A stretch of 64,000 nucleotides of DNA from Clostridiales bacterium (GCA_015055975.1 SVHF01000001.1:6752-70751), one strand, 5' to 3'. Shown: positions 28,269 to 37,691, numbered from the stretch's first letter. The notes: generated by a model not told the origin, from the letters alone. Made by a program: numbers and translations.

Positions 28269-28338
28269 CCTCTCACTTATATTATTTACGACTTAAATCT
28301 CGCATGTGCGGGATTTAAGTTCGTGTAAAGAGGACAAT

Positions 28339-29466
28339 ATGGATAAAGATTTATACGAAATATTAGGTGTATCTAAAGACGCAAGTGAGCAAGAGATTAA
28401 AAGCGCTTATAGAAAGCTTGCCATGAAGTATCACCCAGATAGATTCGCAACAGCAACAGAGGCAGAAAAGAAAGAAGCAGAAGGCAAGTTTAAAGAAATT
28501 AACCATGCCTATGAAGTTCTATCTAACCCAGATAAAAAAGCAAATTACGACCAATACGGTAGGGAAGAAGGTCCACAAGGCTTTAGTGGCTTTGGAGGCG
28601 ATGGCGCTGGCGCTGGCTTTGGTGGCTTTGAAGATATTCTTAACTCATTCTTTGGAGGAATGGGTGGAGCTCGTGCATCTAGAGCGAATGCGCCTCGTCA
28701 AGGGGATGACATTCAAGTAAGAGTTGATTTGACGCTAGAAGAGGCTTTCTCTGGCGTTAAAAAGACAATAGAGATGTTTAGAGACGAGGAATGTCCAACT
28801 TGCCACGGAACAGGTGCAAAAGACGCTTCATCTGTAGAGACATGTTCATACTGTAAAGGAACAGGTTTTATAAGAAAAGTTCAAAACTCAATCTTTGGAC
28901 AACAAGTTGTACAAACTGTATGTTCAGCTTGCGGCGGTAAAGGTAAGGTAGTTAAGGATAAGTGTAAGGATTGTAGGGGTACTGGATATATAAGAAAGAA
29001 AGCATCTGTATCTGTTAATATTCCAGCCGGTATTGATACTGGCATGAATATGACAATCCGTCATGAAGGGCACTGTGGAAGAAATGGTGGGCCTACAGGA
29101 AACCTTGTTCTATCTATTTATGTAAAGCCAAGTGAAACATTCAAGAGAGTTGGAAACGATCTATATATGGATGTGCCTATTAGCTTCTATGATGCAGCAT
29201 GTGGTTGTGATCTAGAAATAGATACACTAAAGGGCAAAGCAACAACAAAGGTTCCAGCTGGAATTCAATCTGGTACAAAGATTAGAATGAAAGGCTACGG
29301 AATGAAAGTCTTACAAAGGGAACAATATGGAGATTTATATTTAAATATAAAAGTTGAAACTCCAAAGATGCTTTCATCAAAGCAATGCAAGATTCTAAAA
29401 GAGTTCAATGATTCTCTAAATGACTTGCAACAACCAAGTGTAAGAAAATTCAAGAAAAATAGATAA
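28339..29466 (+). CDS. dnaJ: Molecular chaperone DnaJ
   Basis: Start at ATG 28339 (SD 'aaagagg'). J domain with 'KYHPDR', a G/F-rich linker, and four CxxCxGxG repeats. Confidence 0.95.
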   Translation: MDKDLYEILGVSKDASEQEIKSAYRKLAMKYHPDRFATATEAEKKEAEGKFKEINHAYEVLSNPDKKANYDQYGREEGPQGFSGFGGDGAGAGFGGFEDILNSFFGGMGGARASRANAPRQGDDIQVRVDLTLEEAFSGVKKTIEMFRDEECPTCHGTGAKDASSVETCSYCKGTGFIRKVQNSIFGQQVVQTVCSACGGKGKVVKDKCKDCRGTGYIRKKASVSVNIPAGIDTGMNMTIRHEGHCGRNGGPTGNLVLSIYVKPSETFKRVGNDLYMDVPISFYDAACGCDLEIDTLKGKATTKVPAGIQSGTKIRMKGYGMKVLQREQYGDLYLNIKVETPKMLSSKQCKILKEFNDSLNDLQQPSVRKFKKNR

Positions 29467-29483
29467 AAAAATTTATAAAGTGC

Positions 29484-29512
29484 TTTACAACATATTCGCA
29501 ATTTGATATATT
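29484..29512 (+). promoter_or_regulatory. Candidate promoter of the tRNA cluster (tttaca-17 nt-TGatatatt)
   Basis: -35 at 29484-29489 and extended -10 at 29504-29512, which is 16 nt before the tRNA-Val 5' end. Confidence 0.5.
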
Positions 29513-29527
29513 ATAAAAGCACTTTGT

Positions 29528-29603
29528 GGAAGCTTAGCTCAGCTGGGAGAGCATCTGCCTTACAAGCAGAGGGTCATAGGTTCGAGCCCTATAGTTTCCA
29601 CCA
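29528..29603 (+). tRNA. tRNA-Val (anticodon TAC)
   Basis: Cloverleaf folded by hand. Acceptor ggaagct/agtttcc, anticodon arm tctgc-cttacaa-gcaga, T-loop ttcgagc, encoded CCA. Confidence 0.9.
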
Positions 29604-29605
29604 AT

Positions 29606-29680
29606 GCGGGAGTGGCTCAGTGGTAGAGCGTCGCCTTGCCAAGGCGAATGTCGCGAGTCCGAATCTCGTCTCCCGCTCCA
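29606..29680 (+). tRNA. tRNA-Gly (anticodon GCC)
   Basis: Acceptor gcgggag/ctcccgc, anticodon arm tcgcc-ttgccaa-ggcga, T-loop tccgaat, encoded CCA. Confidence 0.9.
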
Positions 29681-29688
29681 GTAAGTGT

Positions 29689-29763
29689 GGCACCTTGGCC
29701 AAGTGGTAAGGCAAAGCTCTGCAAAAGCTTTATTCTCCAGTCCGAATCTGGAAGGTGCCTCCA
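29689..29763 (+). tRNA. tRNA-Cys (anticodon GCA)
   Basis: Acceptor ggcacct/aggtgcc, anticodon arm aagct-ctgcaaa-agctt, encoded CCA. Confidence 0.9.
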
Positions 29764-29781
29764 AAACAAGGTAATGCGTAT

Positions 29782-29868
29782 GCCGAGCTGGCGGAATAGG
29801 CAGACGCGAGGGACTTAAAATCCCTTGGTCGAAAGGCTGTGCCGGTTCAAGTCCGGCGCCCGGCACCA
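29782..29868 (+). tRNA. tRNA-Leu (anticodon TAA), class II with a long variable arm
   Basis: Anticodon arm aggga-cttaaaa-tccct, long variable arm, T arm gccgg-ttcaagt-ccggc, encoded CCA. The acceptor stem has an A5-C68 mismatch. Confidence 0.88.
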
Positions 29869-29871
29869 CAA

Positions 29872-29914
29872 AATAAGGTTTGAAACGTTAATGTATCAAG
29901 CCTTATTTTTTTTT
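29872..29914 (+). terminator. Rho-independent terminator of the tRNA cluster
   Basis: 12-bp stem aataaggtttga/tcaagccttatt (one G-U pair) followed by T9. Confidence 0.85.
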
Positions 29915-30161
29915 GTGTTTTTTGTTATATTTACACAATATATTGACTAAAACAAATTGTTTGACTATATTCAAATTGAAATTGAAAATAGTCGGAGGCG
30001 ATTATAAATTAAGAGATAATTATTATGCGCTACCAATTGAGTATATTTGATTAGAACTTGATAATAACTCAAATCCCAAATTAGTTATAATATGATGGAA
30101 TGTGCATATTGAAATACACGCGTTAATTATTATATAATTATTAAAGATAAGCGAGGTAAAT

Positions 30162-31079
30162 ATGCCAAAGTTTTTAGGATACCCATTTAGACTTTATATG
30201 ACAATTAACGACAAAAAGCGTATTAAAAAGCTTCCACATTATACGGAAGGTTTTGAAACTATTGATGATATTAGATACGCTCCAAAATGTGGTAAGTTCC
30301 ATAGATTTGATTTGATTATTCCAGAAGGTAAAAGAGAAAAGGTTACGCCAGTTGTTATAGATATACACGGTGGCGCATATTTCTTTGGATACAAATGGAT
30401 TAATGATGATATTGCTAGATATTTTGCAATTAAAAGTGGCTGGAAGGTTGTTAATGGTAATTATAGAATAGTTGGCTTTGGTACAAATCTTTTTGATGGG
30501 GTAGAAGATGTTGTAAAGCTTATCGAATATATTTATGCAAATGCTGATCATTTAAAAATAGATAGAAACAATATCTTTTTGATGGGCGATTCTGCAGGTG
30601 GCCATATTATGACACTTGCTGCAATGTGTTTTTACAACAAAGAACTTAGAGAAAAACTTGGAATAGAAGTAAATGAAAATATTAAATTCAGAGCATTATC
30701 TTTGACATGCCCAATTCTTTCATTTGATCCATATCTAAAATCTAAGATGTTTAGACCTTTTATTAAAGATATCGTATGTAGAGATTTATCTGAAACTTCA
30801 GAAAGATACAAATTGTCTCAAGCAAAAGATTTGTTTGTAGTAGGATCTATTCCTGTTATTTTCAATACTGCTTGGGGAGATTTTTTGAAGCAACAATCTT
30901 TAGATATGCATGCTTATCTTCAAGAAAAAGGACACGATACAAAGTTGATATTCTATGAAGAACCAATTATAGAGGGAAGAAAACTAGAACACGTATATAA
31001 CGTTATGTTCCCGTTCTATGAAGAATCTGTAAAAACAAACGACGATATAATTGAGTTTTTTAACGAACATAAGAAATAA
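30162..31079 (+). CDS. Alpha/beta hydrolase (HSL-type esterase/lipase family)
   Basis: Oxyanion motif 'IHGGAYFFG' and nucleophile elbow 'GDSAGGH'. 305 aa. Confidence 0.75.
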   Translation: MPKFLGYPFRLYMTINDKKRIKKLPHYTEGFETIDDIRYAPKCGKFHRFDLIIPEGKREKVTPVVIDIHGGAYFFGYKWINDDIARYFAIKSGWKVVNGNYRIVGFGTNLFDGVEDVVKLIEYIYANADHLKIDRNNIFLMGDSAGGHIMTLAAMCFYNKELREKLGIEVNENIKFRALSLTCPILSFDPYLKSKMFRPFIKDIVCRDLSETSERYKLSQAKDLFVVGSIPVIFNTAWGDFLKQQSLDMHAYLQEKGHDTKLIFYEEPIIEGRKLEHVYNVMFPFYEESVKTNDDIIEFFNEHKK

Positions 31080-34000
31080 TGACAAATACTAAAAAATTAT
31101 CACTTCTTATAATTCTTTTATTCATTGTGCTAATTGCTGCCACAAGTATTGTTTCGTTCACAAATGTTGCAAAAGCGGACGATCCAGAAATGGCAACATT
31201 TTTGGTTAATATTTATTTAGGCGACATGGTCGGTGGCTATGCTTTTGATAAAACAATATCTGGAGGGCCAGCTCCTGTTGGACAAGAATATACATATACT
31301 CCAGGTGAAATAGAAGGATTTACTTTTAACCCATCTTATCCAACAACTTGGATTAAGGACACAATAAAAGCAGATGGAACAACAACATTTTCTGTATATT
31401 ATTCAAGAAATTCATATACATTTGCTAGGTCCAATTCAAACACTTCAGCAGGCACTATCTCAGGCACTGAAGGTGGCACATATAAATACCAAACATCTAT
31501 TGAAATAACAGCAACTCCAAACGCTGGATATACATTTGATGGATGGTATAATGGCGAAACATTGGTATCTTCTGATGCTACATGTAAATTTAATATGCCA
31601 GCAACTAACATTACATATGTAGCAAGATGGAGTGCACAAACAAACATTCCATATGTTGTTCAACATTATAAACAAAATGTTACAGCAACTGGATATGATT
31701 TAGCATATGAAGATAATTTAACAGGAACAACAGGGGAGTTAACTGAAGCTGTAGCAAAGAATTATACAGGATTCCAAGCTCAGACTTTTAGTCAAGAAGC
31801 AATTGCGGGCGATGGTTCTACTATCATCGAAATAAGATATAAAAGAGAAACATTTACAATCACTTGGAATAATTGGAATGGTAATTTTATAAAAAATACA
31901 ACAGTTAGATTTGAAGCAACGCCAGAATATGATGGGACAACTCCAACAAAAGTAAGAGAAGCGTATACATCAACATTTACAGGATGGACTCCAACACTTG
32001 CTCCAGCAACGCAAGATACATCATATACTGCAGTATTTGAAGATACTCCAATTGAATACACATTAACTTTTGATGCTGCAAAAGGAACATCTATTTCCGC
32101 TCAAAAGGGCTCAACGCCTATGGCAAGTGGAGATAAGTTCACAATAGAAGATACATTGACTTTTGAATGTTCGTTATTGCCAGGGTATAACACTTTAGGA
32201 TTTAGCGTAACTCCAGTTGATGAAAATGCATTCAATTATAACGAAGATACTAAAACGATTTATGAAACATATACAAACGTAACTATTTCTACAACTGCAA
32301 TTGCCAATTTGGATACGCCATACAAAGTATATATTTACAAAGAAAAGTTGGATGGAACATATCCAGACGATGCAGATATTTATAGAGAATTAACTGGAAC
32401 TACAGATACTGTAGCTGAAATTAATGATGTAATAGAAGGCTTTGAAATAGATTCTTTACATGATGGTAGCAATATAAGCGATGAAATTAAAGGTGATGGC
32501 TCATTAGAGCTTGTAGCTTTCTATAAAAGAACTCTACATACAATCATTTGGCAAAATTATGATAGTACCGAATTATATAAGCTTGAGAATCAAAAATATG
32601 GGGCAAGTATAACTTATGGCGGAGATACTCCAACAAAGTCACAAAAAGGGTATAGCTACGAATTTGGTGGATGGGATCCAGAATTTACTGATGGCGCTAT
32701 AGTTTTGGGTGATGCAACATATACCGCCCAATTTATTGAAACAAAGGACAAATATGCAATTGAATTTAATTTAACAGCAGGAGTTAATCTATCTGTTAAA
32801 AATGCTCTTGATGAAGATATTAAAAGTGGAGATTTGATTACTTGTGAAGATGTTTTAACTATCACATATTCAGCAATGGATGGTTATACACAAGACGGAG
32901 ATATTAATGTAACTGGTAAAACAGACGAATTTGATTTTACAGCTGGCGTATTAAAAGATGTATATACGGATATAACAATCACATATTCAGCATCTGCAAA
33001 TACATACAAAATTACATATAACGATACTTCTGTTTCTCCGACTGAAGTTGAAATATTATTTAATTCAAAAGTAACTTTAGCTATTCCTCAAAAGGATGGA
33101 TACTATTTTGTTTGCTGGCTATATGAAGATCATCCATTTACTGATGCAACAGGTTTAATGCTAGCCCCATATAGTGTGGTTGGAAACATTGAGCTAACAC
33201 CAGAATTTTCAAATGCTCATTATATAATCACGTATGAAGGTTATGAAGAGTTATCTACAGAGGTTGAATACAATGGATCCTTCGATTTGGAAGTAGTATC
33301 TAAAGAAGGAAATGTATTTGATTATTGGTATTATGTAGATGGCGGGCTTGATGTAAAGCTAACTGATTCAGATGGTCATTCGCTTGCTGTATATCATTAT
33401 GCTTTTGACATCGAAGTAAAGGCGAAATGGATAGAAATAGAAATTACATTAGATCAAAGTTCTGTAACTATTGAGAATGATATATCTAAAACAACTCAAC
33501 TTACAGCAACCATAACTCCAGAAGGTTCTTCAACAGTTTCATTTACTTCGACAAATGAAAAAGCATTTATTGTAGATGAAACTGGATTAGTAACATGCGT
33601 TGGAACAGGAAGAGCAGTAATTAGAGCAACGCTAGATAATGGTGGCGCATACGCTGAATGTGCATTTTTATCTATAGACAAGATTATTTCAAATGGAACT
33701 GTTTTGTTATATGTAGATATAAATAAGGGCGTTGATTTAGATGATTTCGCAATCTTATGTTCTGAGGTAGATACAATAGGATACATTTCTAGCCAAGTAT
33801 TAACATATTTAACAATTCCAAATGGATATGTAGATAGAACTGCTATGAATTTTGAAATTGACAAAACTAAGACCGTTTCCGAAGTGTTTAAGGATGAAGA
33901 TGAACTAGTTATCAATCTTATCTATAATGTTGGAAAATCAAAGAATAACATCGTTTCATATAAGCTTTCTTGTGAAAGTGCTGAATATGATACAAATGTA

Positions 34001-34885
34001 TATCTAAAAGATGTTATAGCAAAAGAAGGCTATAAACTTGGAAAAATTGTAGTTAAAAATGAAAAAATGGTACCTGTTACGACATATCAGGCTGAAAAAT
34101 ACTTTGTAATGCCTAATGACAATGCAGAAGTAGATGTATTGTTAAGCGAAGTAAAAGTCGATTCAACAACTATCGATAAAATAGAAGTTGATACACCTAA
34201 TGGCATTGATGCAGAGGTTAAAATCATCATAAATTCAAAGAGCGTAGATAGCTTTGATTCAAAGATTTCTATCATAGATGAAAAGCAAGTAATTTTTGCT
34301 GCTAACTCTTCATTTAAATTGGGCGACGATGACTATAACTACGACAAAGAATATGTGGTTCGTATGCCAATGCCAAAAGAGTTTATAAATAGAGATGGTA
34401 TAAGAGTTTTATACAATTTAAATGGCCAAACATATGTAAAACAAGTAACTATTGAAAATGACGAAATAGAATTTACGCTAATGGGCAGTGGAGACTTTGT
34501 ATTTATTGCAAATACTCACGAGAGCACAGTTTATCTATATTGGTTAGTAATCTTGCTATTATTCATAGACACATTCTTGGGCATGATTTTATTAATTATG
34601 GCCATAGATTATCAAGATGCACTTCAAAGAAGAAGAGAATTAAATGGATATTCATCATTCCTTCCTGTATTGTTGTTAGGCGCTGTAATTGCTAGCGAAC
34701 TTGCATTTGTAGTGTTCTTGGGAGTTGTATTAATTGTCGAGTTGGTTTGCATTGCTTGGCTTGGATTAAAGCTATCTAATAAGTACTTTATTTATACGAC
34801 ATACAATAAATTAAGTTACAATCCAAGACGAGAATATAAAGACGCTGTAGATAAATATAACAAAAATGAAAATAAAAACGAATAA
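31079..34885 (+). CDS. Giant (1268 aa) surface protein with Listeria-Bacteroides-type repeats, a Big_2-like module and a C-terminal multi-helix membrane anchor
   Basis: Signal peptide ('...NVAKA/DD'). Repeated 'Y.F.GW'-type units ('YTFDGWYNGE', 'FTGWTP', 'FGGWDP', 'YYFVCWLYED', 'NVFDYWYYVD'). Big_2-like 'LTATITPEGSS...VTCVGTGRAVIRATL'. The C-terminus has 2-3 hydrophobic helices and no LPXTG. Confidence 0.75.
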   Translation: MTNTKKLSLLIILLFIVLIAATSIVSFTNVAKADDPEMATFLVNIYLGDMVGGYAFDKTISGGPAPVGQEYTYTPGEIEGFTFNPSYPTTWIKDTIKADGTTTFSVYYSRNSYTFARSNSNTSAGTISGTEGGTYKYQTSIEITATPNAGYTFDGWYNGETLVSSDATCKFNMPATNITYVARWSAQTNIPYVVQHYKQNVTATGYDLAYEDNLTGTTGELTEAVAKNYTGFQAQTFSQEAIAGDGSTIIEIRYKRETFTITWNNWNGNFIKNTTVRFEATPEYDGTTPTKVREAYTSTFTGWTPTLAPATQDTSYTAVFEDTPIEYTLTFDAAKGTSISAQKGSTPMASGDKFTIEDTLTFECSLLPGYNTLGFSVTPVDENAFNYNEDTKTIYETYTNVTISTTAIANLDTPYKVYIYKEKLDGTYPDDADIYRELTGTTDTVAEINDVIEGFEIDSLHDGSNISDEIKGDGSLELVAFYKRTLHTIIWQNYDSTELYKLENQKYGASITYGGDTPTKSQKGYSYEFGGWDPEFTDGAIVLGDATYTAQFIETKDKYAIEFNLTAGVNLSVKNALDEDIKSGDLITCEDVLTITYSAMDGYTQDGDINVTGKTDEFDFTAGVLKDVYTDITITYSASANTYKITYNDTSVSPTEVEILFNSKVTLAIPQKDGYYFVCWLYEDHPFTDATGLMLAPYSVVGNIELTPEFSNAHYIITYEGYEELSTEVEYNGSFDLEVVSKEGNVFDYWYYVDGGLDVKLTDSDGHSLAVYHYAFDIEVKAKWIEIEITLDQSSVTIENDISKTTQLTATITPEGSSTVSFTSTNEKAFIVDETGLVTCVGTGRAVIRATLDNGGAYAECAFLSIDKIISNGTVLLYVDINKGVDLDDFAILCSEVDTIGYISSQVLTYLTIPNGYVDRTAMNFEIDKTKTVSEVFKDEDELVINLIYNVGKSKNNIVSYKLSCESAEYDTNVYLKDVIAKEGYKLGKIVVKNEKMVPVTTYQAEKYFVMPNDNAEVDVLLSEVKVDSTTIDKIEVDTPNGIDAEVKIIINSKSVDSFDSKISIIDEKQVIFAANSSFKLGDDDYNYDKEYVVRMPMPKEFINRDGIRVLYNLNGQTYVKQVTIENDEIEFTLMGSGDFVFIANTHESTVYLYWLVILLLFIDTFLGMILLIMAIDYQDALQRRRELNGYSSFLPVLLLGAVIASELAFVVFLGVVLIVELVCIAWLGLKLSNKYFIYTTYNKLSYNPRREYKDAVDKYNKNENKNE

Positions 34886-34947
34886 TATATTTGTAAACAA
34901 ACAAAAATAATATATAATATTATCAAAAAGAAAAGGGGTACAACGAA

Positions 34948-35778
34948 ATGTCATACGCAGATCAAGTATTTGTAAAGAACATTCAAGATATTCTAGAAAA
35001 CGGAGTATCTGATGAAAATTGCAAAGTAAGACCTAAGTGGGAAGATGGGACACCAGCCCATACAATTAAGAAATTCGGTATTGTTAATAGATACGATTTG
35101 CAAAAAGAATTCCCAATCTTAACAATTAGAAAAACAAACTTCGAAGCAGCAATTGACGAAATATTATGGATTTGGCAAAAGAAGTCAAACGTAGTTGCTG
35201 ATTTGCATTCACACATTTGGGATCAATGGTGTGGCCCAGATGGAACAATTGGTAAAGCTTATGGCTACCAATTAGGAAAGAAAGCCATTTATAAAGAAGG
35301 CGAATTCGACCAAGTAGATAGAGTTTTGTTTGATTTAAAGAATAATCCAAATTCAAGAAGAATCATGACAAACATCTATAACTTTGAAGATTTGCATGAA
35401 ATGAACTTATATCCATGTGCTTATTCAATGACATTCAACGTATCTGGAAATGTGCTAAATGGAATTCTAAATCAAAGATCAAACGATATGCTTGTTGCAA
35501 ACAACTGGAATGTAGTTCAATATTCAATTCTTTTAATGATGTTTGCTCAAGTATCTGGATTAGTTCCAGGCGAACTTGTGCATGTAATTGCTGATGCGCA
35601 TTTATATGATAGACATATTGAGATAGCAAAAGAAGTTATAGCAAAAGAACAATATGAAGCTCCAAAGCTAATCATGAATCCAAACGTAAAGAATTTCTAT
35701 GATTTCAAAGTTGAGGACTTCCAACTAGTCGATTACAAGTATCATTTGCTTGGCAAAAAATTACCGGTGGCAGAATAA
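34948..35778 (+). CDS. thyA: Thymidylate synthase (ThyA)
   Basis: Active-site 'YPCAY' region, 'NQRSNDM' and 'DAHLYDRH'. Paired with folA by a TAATG overlap. Confidence 0.92.
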   Translation: MSYADQVFVKNIQDILENGVSDENCKVRPKWEDGTPAHTIKKFGIVNRYDLQKEFPILTIRKTNFEAAIDEILWIWQKKSNVVADLHSHIWDQWCGPDGTIGKAYGYQLGKKAIYKEGEFDQVDRVLFDLKNNPNSRRIMTNIYNFEDLHEMNLYPCAYSMTFNVSGNVLNGILNQRSNDMLVANNWNVVQYSILLMMFAQVSGLVPGELVHVIADAHLYDRHIEIAKEVIAKEQYEAPKLIMNPNVKNFYDFKVEDFQLVDYKYHLLGKKLPVAE

Positions 35779-36284
35779 TGAACGCAATAGTAGTAGTAGA
35801 TAAAAATTGGGGTATTGGAAAGAATAATAATCTTCTTTTCAAATTAACAAAAGATATGGCTTTCTTTAAAGAAAAGACAATGGGTAAAGTTGTAGTTATG
35901 GGTGGAAACACATTATTATCTTTACCTCACGGAAATCCTTTAAAGGGAAGAACAAACATCGTTATTTCTGATGTATTTAAAAGAGATGACGTAATAATGG
36001 CAGAAACTATGCCAGAACTTTTAGGCATTCTTCAAAAATATAATACAGAAGATTTGTTCGTAATGGGCGGAGCTATGCTATATAGAACATTGCTTCCATA
36101 TTGCGATACAGTATATGCAACAAAAGTTGATGCTGATGGTGGCGCTCAAGTTTTCTATGAGAATCTAGATAAATTAGATAATTGGTCTTGTGTGTATGAA
36201 AGTGAACCAATCCAAGATGGTGAATATACAATTAGATTCACAACATATAAAAACAGCAAAGTAAAACCATTTACAGAAATCTAA
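35778..36284 (+). CDS. folA: Dihydrofolate reductase
   Basis: 'WGIGKNNNLLFKL', 'VVMGGNT' and 'FVMGGAMLYRTLLP'. 168 aa, immediately after thyA. Confidence 0.88.
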   Translation: MNAIVVVDKNWGIGKNNNLLFKLTKDMAFFKEKTMGKVVVMGGNTLLSLPHGNPLKGRTNIVISDVFKRDDVIMAETMPELLGILQKYNTEDLFVMGGAMLYRTLLPYCDTVYATKVDADGGAQVFYENLDKLDNWSCVYESEPIQDGEYTIRFTTYKNSKVKPFTEI

Positions 36285-36289
36285 AATTC

Positions 36290-36313
36290 AAGGAGAAGTT
36301 CGCTTCTCCTTTT
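36290..36313 (+). terminator. Hairpin (UUCG tetraloop) after folA; weak terminator
   Basis: 9-bp stem aaggagaag/cttctcctt with loop ttcg. There is only a short T run before aaaat. Confidence 0.5.
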
Positions 36314-36318
36314 AAAAT

Positions 36319-37605
36319 ATGATAGCAACAATAATAATTGCAGCTTTAACATGTTTAGCCATGATTAGCTGCATAGTTTTTAAACCATATATCCAAATTA
36401 AAAGAGTGCATATAGGCACTTATTGGTTAGTTGCGCTAGTTGGCGCAATTATTTTAATGGCCGCAAAATTAGTCCCAATAAATGAAGTTGGTCAGGCTCT
36501 TGTTGCTAACACAGAAATTAATCCAATTAAGATTCTAGTTATATTTATAACTCTTACTTTAATATCTGTATTTTTAGATGAGATAGGATTCTTTAGTTAC
36601 GTCGCGAATTTGGCGCTAAAAAGAGCAAAGGGCAGTCAGTTCAAATTGTTTATCGCATTGTATCTTTTGGCCTCTATTTTGACCGTATTTACGTCAAACG
36701 ATATTATCATTCTAACTTTCACGCCATTTATATGCATGTTCTGCAAAAGAGCAAATATTAATCCTATTCCTTATCTTGTAGCAGAATTTGTTGCTGCAAA
36801 TACATGGAGTATGTTCTTAATTATCGGCAACCCTACAAATATATATTTGGCAACAAGTTTAAATGTATCTTTCTTTGAGTATTTAAAGCATATGGCACTA
36901 CCAACATTAGGTGCCGGAATTACATCATTTTTAGTGCTTGTTGCAATTTTCTATAGAAAATTAAAAACACCAATTGAAAATGTAGTTGTTCAAGATGTAA
37001 AAATCATGGATAAATACATGTTAATTATTGGTCTTACTCATCTTGTTCTATGCATTATAGGACTTAGTATTTGTGCGTATGTAAATATTGAAATGTGGAT
37101 TATATCATTATCTGCAGCAATAAGTTTTTTTATATGCGAAGGCGTATATATTGCAATTACTAAAAAGAAGTTTGCGCCACTTGAAAGAACTATTGTTCGT
37201 GCGCCACTTGAATTAATCCCATTTGTGCTTTCAATGTTCGTTATAGTTTTAGCTTTAAAATATCAAGGTGTTACAACAAAGATATATGAAGGTTTAATTA
37301 CATCACAAGATGGACTTGTATATGGATTAACATCAGCTTTATTTGCAAATATTCTTAACAACATTCCAATGAGCGTGTTATTCTCATCGATTCTACAAGA
37401 AGGCGCATCATTTAAGGCAGTATTTGGCGCTATCATTGGATCTAACATTGGTGCCATCTTAACACCAGTTGGAGCGTTAGCTGGCATTATGTGGTCAAAT
37501 ATTCTAAAGCGTAGTGATATTAAATATTCGTATTTAGATTTTATGAAATACGGATTTATTATTGGAATTCCAACTTTAATTGTTGCTTCAATTCTTATCA
37601 TTTAA
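36319..37605 (+). CDS. Polytopic anion permease of the ArsB/NhaD (YbiR/CitMHS-like) superfamily
   Basis: 428 aa and hydrophobic throughout (about 10-12 TM helices). It carries 'NDIIILTFTP' and 'GNPTNIYL', which are typical of this superfamily. No SD precedes ATG 36319. Confidence 0.55.
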   Translation: MIATIIIAALTCLAMISCIVFKPYIQIKRVHIGTYWLVALVGAIILMAAKLVPINEVGQALVANTEINPIKILVIFITLTLISVFLDEIGFFSYVANLALKRAKGSQFKLFIALYLLASILTVFTSNDIIILTFTPFICMFCKRANINPIPYLVAEFVAANTWSMFLIIGNPTNIYLATSLNVSFFEYLKHMALPTLGAGITSFLVLVAIFYRKLKTPIENVVVQDVKIMDKYMLIIGLTHLVLCIIGLSICAYVNIEMWIISLSAAISFFICEGVYIAITKKKFAPLERTIVRAPLELIPFVLSMFVIVLALKYQGVTTKIYEGLITSQDGLVYGLTSALFANILNNIPMSVLFSSILQEGASFKAVFGAIIGSNIGAILTPVGALAGIMWSNILKRSDIKYSYLDFMKYGFIIGIPTLIVASILII

Positions 37606-37607
37606 AT

Positions 37608-37635
37608 AAATCCTACAAAATTACTAGGATTTTTC
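37608..37635 (+). terminator. Rho-independent terminator of the permease gene
   Basis: Stem aaatccta/taggattt followed by a T run. Confidence 0.65.
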
Positions 37636-37667
37636 TTGACATAGGTTATTATCTATAATAAAATTAA

Positions 37668-37684
37668 CCTAGTAAATTAGTAGG
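37668..37684. promoter_or_regulatory. Imperfect 17-nt palindrome (cctagtaaattagtagg), a candidate Rrf2-regulator operator
   Basis: 14 of 16 symmetric positions match. It lies between the promoter region (ttgaca at 37636-37641) and ATG 37692. Confidence 0.35.
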
Positions 37685-37691
37685 AAATACA

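Noticed and set aside
29503-29869. Three ORFs (29503-29709 +, 29534-29869 -, 29636-29818 +) listed in the track
   Set aside because: They lie entirely over the four tRNA genes. GC-rich tRNA sequence simply lacks stop codons.
29915-30161. Small ORFs or RNA in the 247-nt spacer after the tRNA terminator (repeated ttgacta motifs; a 9-codon ORF at 30027)
   Set aside because: The ORFs are trivially short and lack an SD. The repeats look like alternative -35 boxes in AT-rich promoter DNA, and I found no stable structure.
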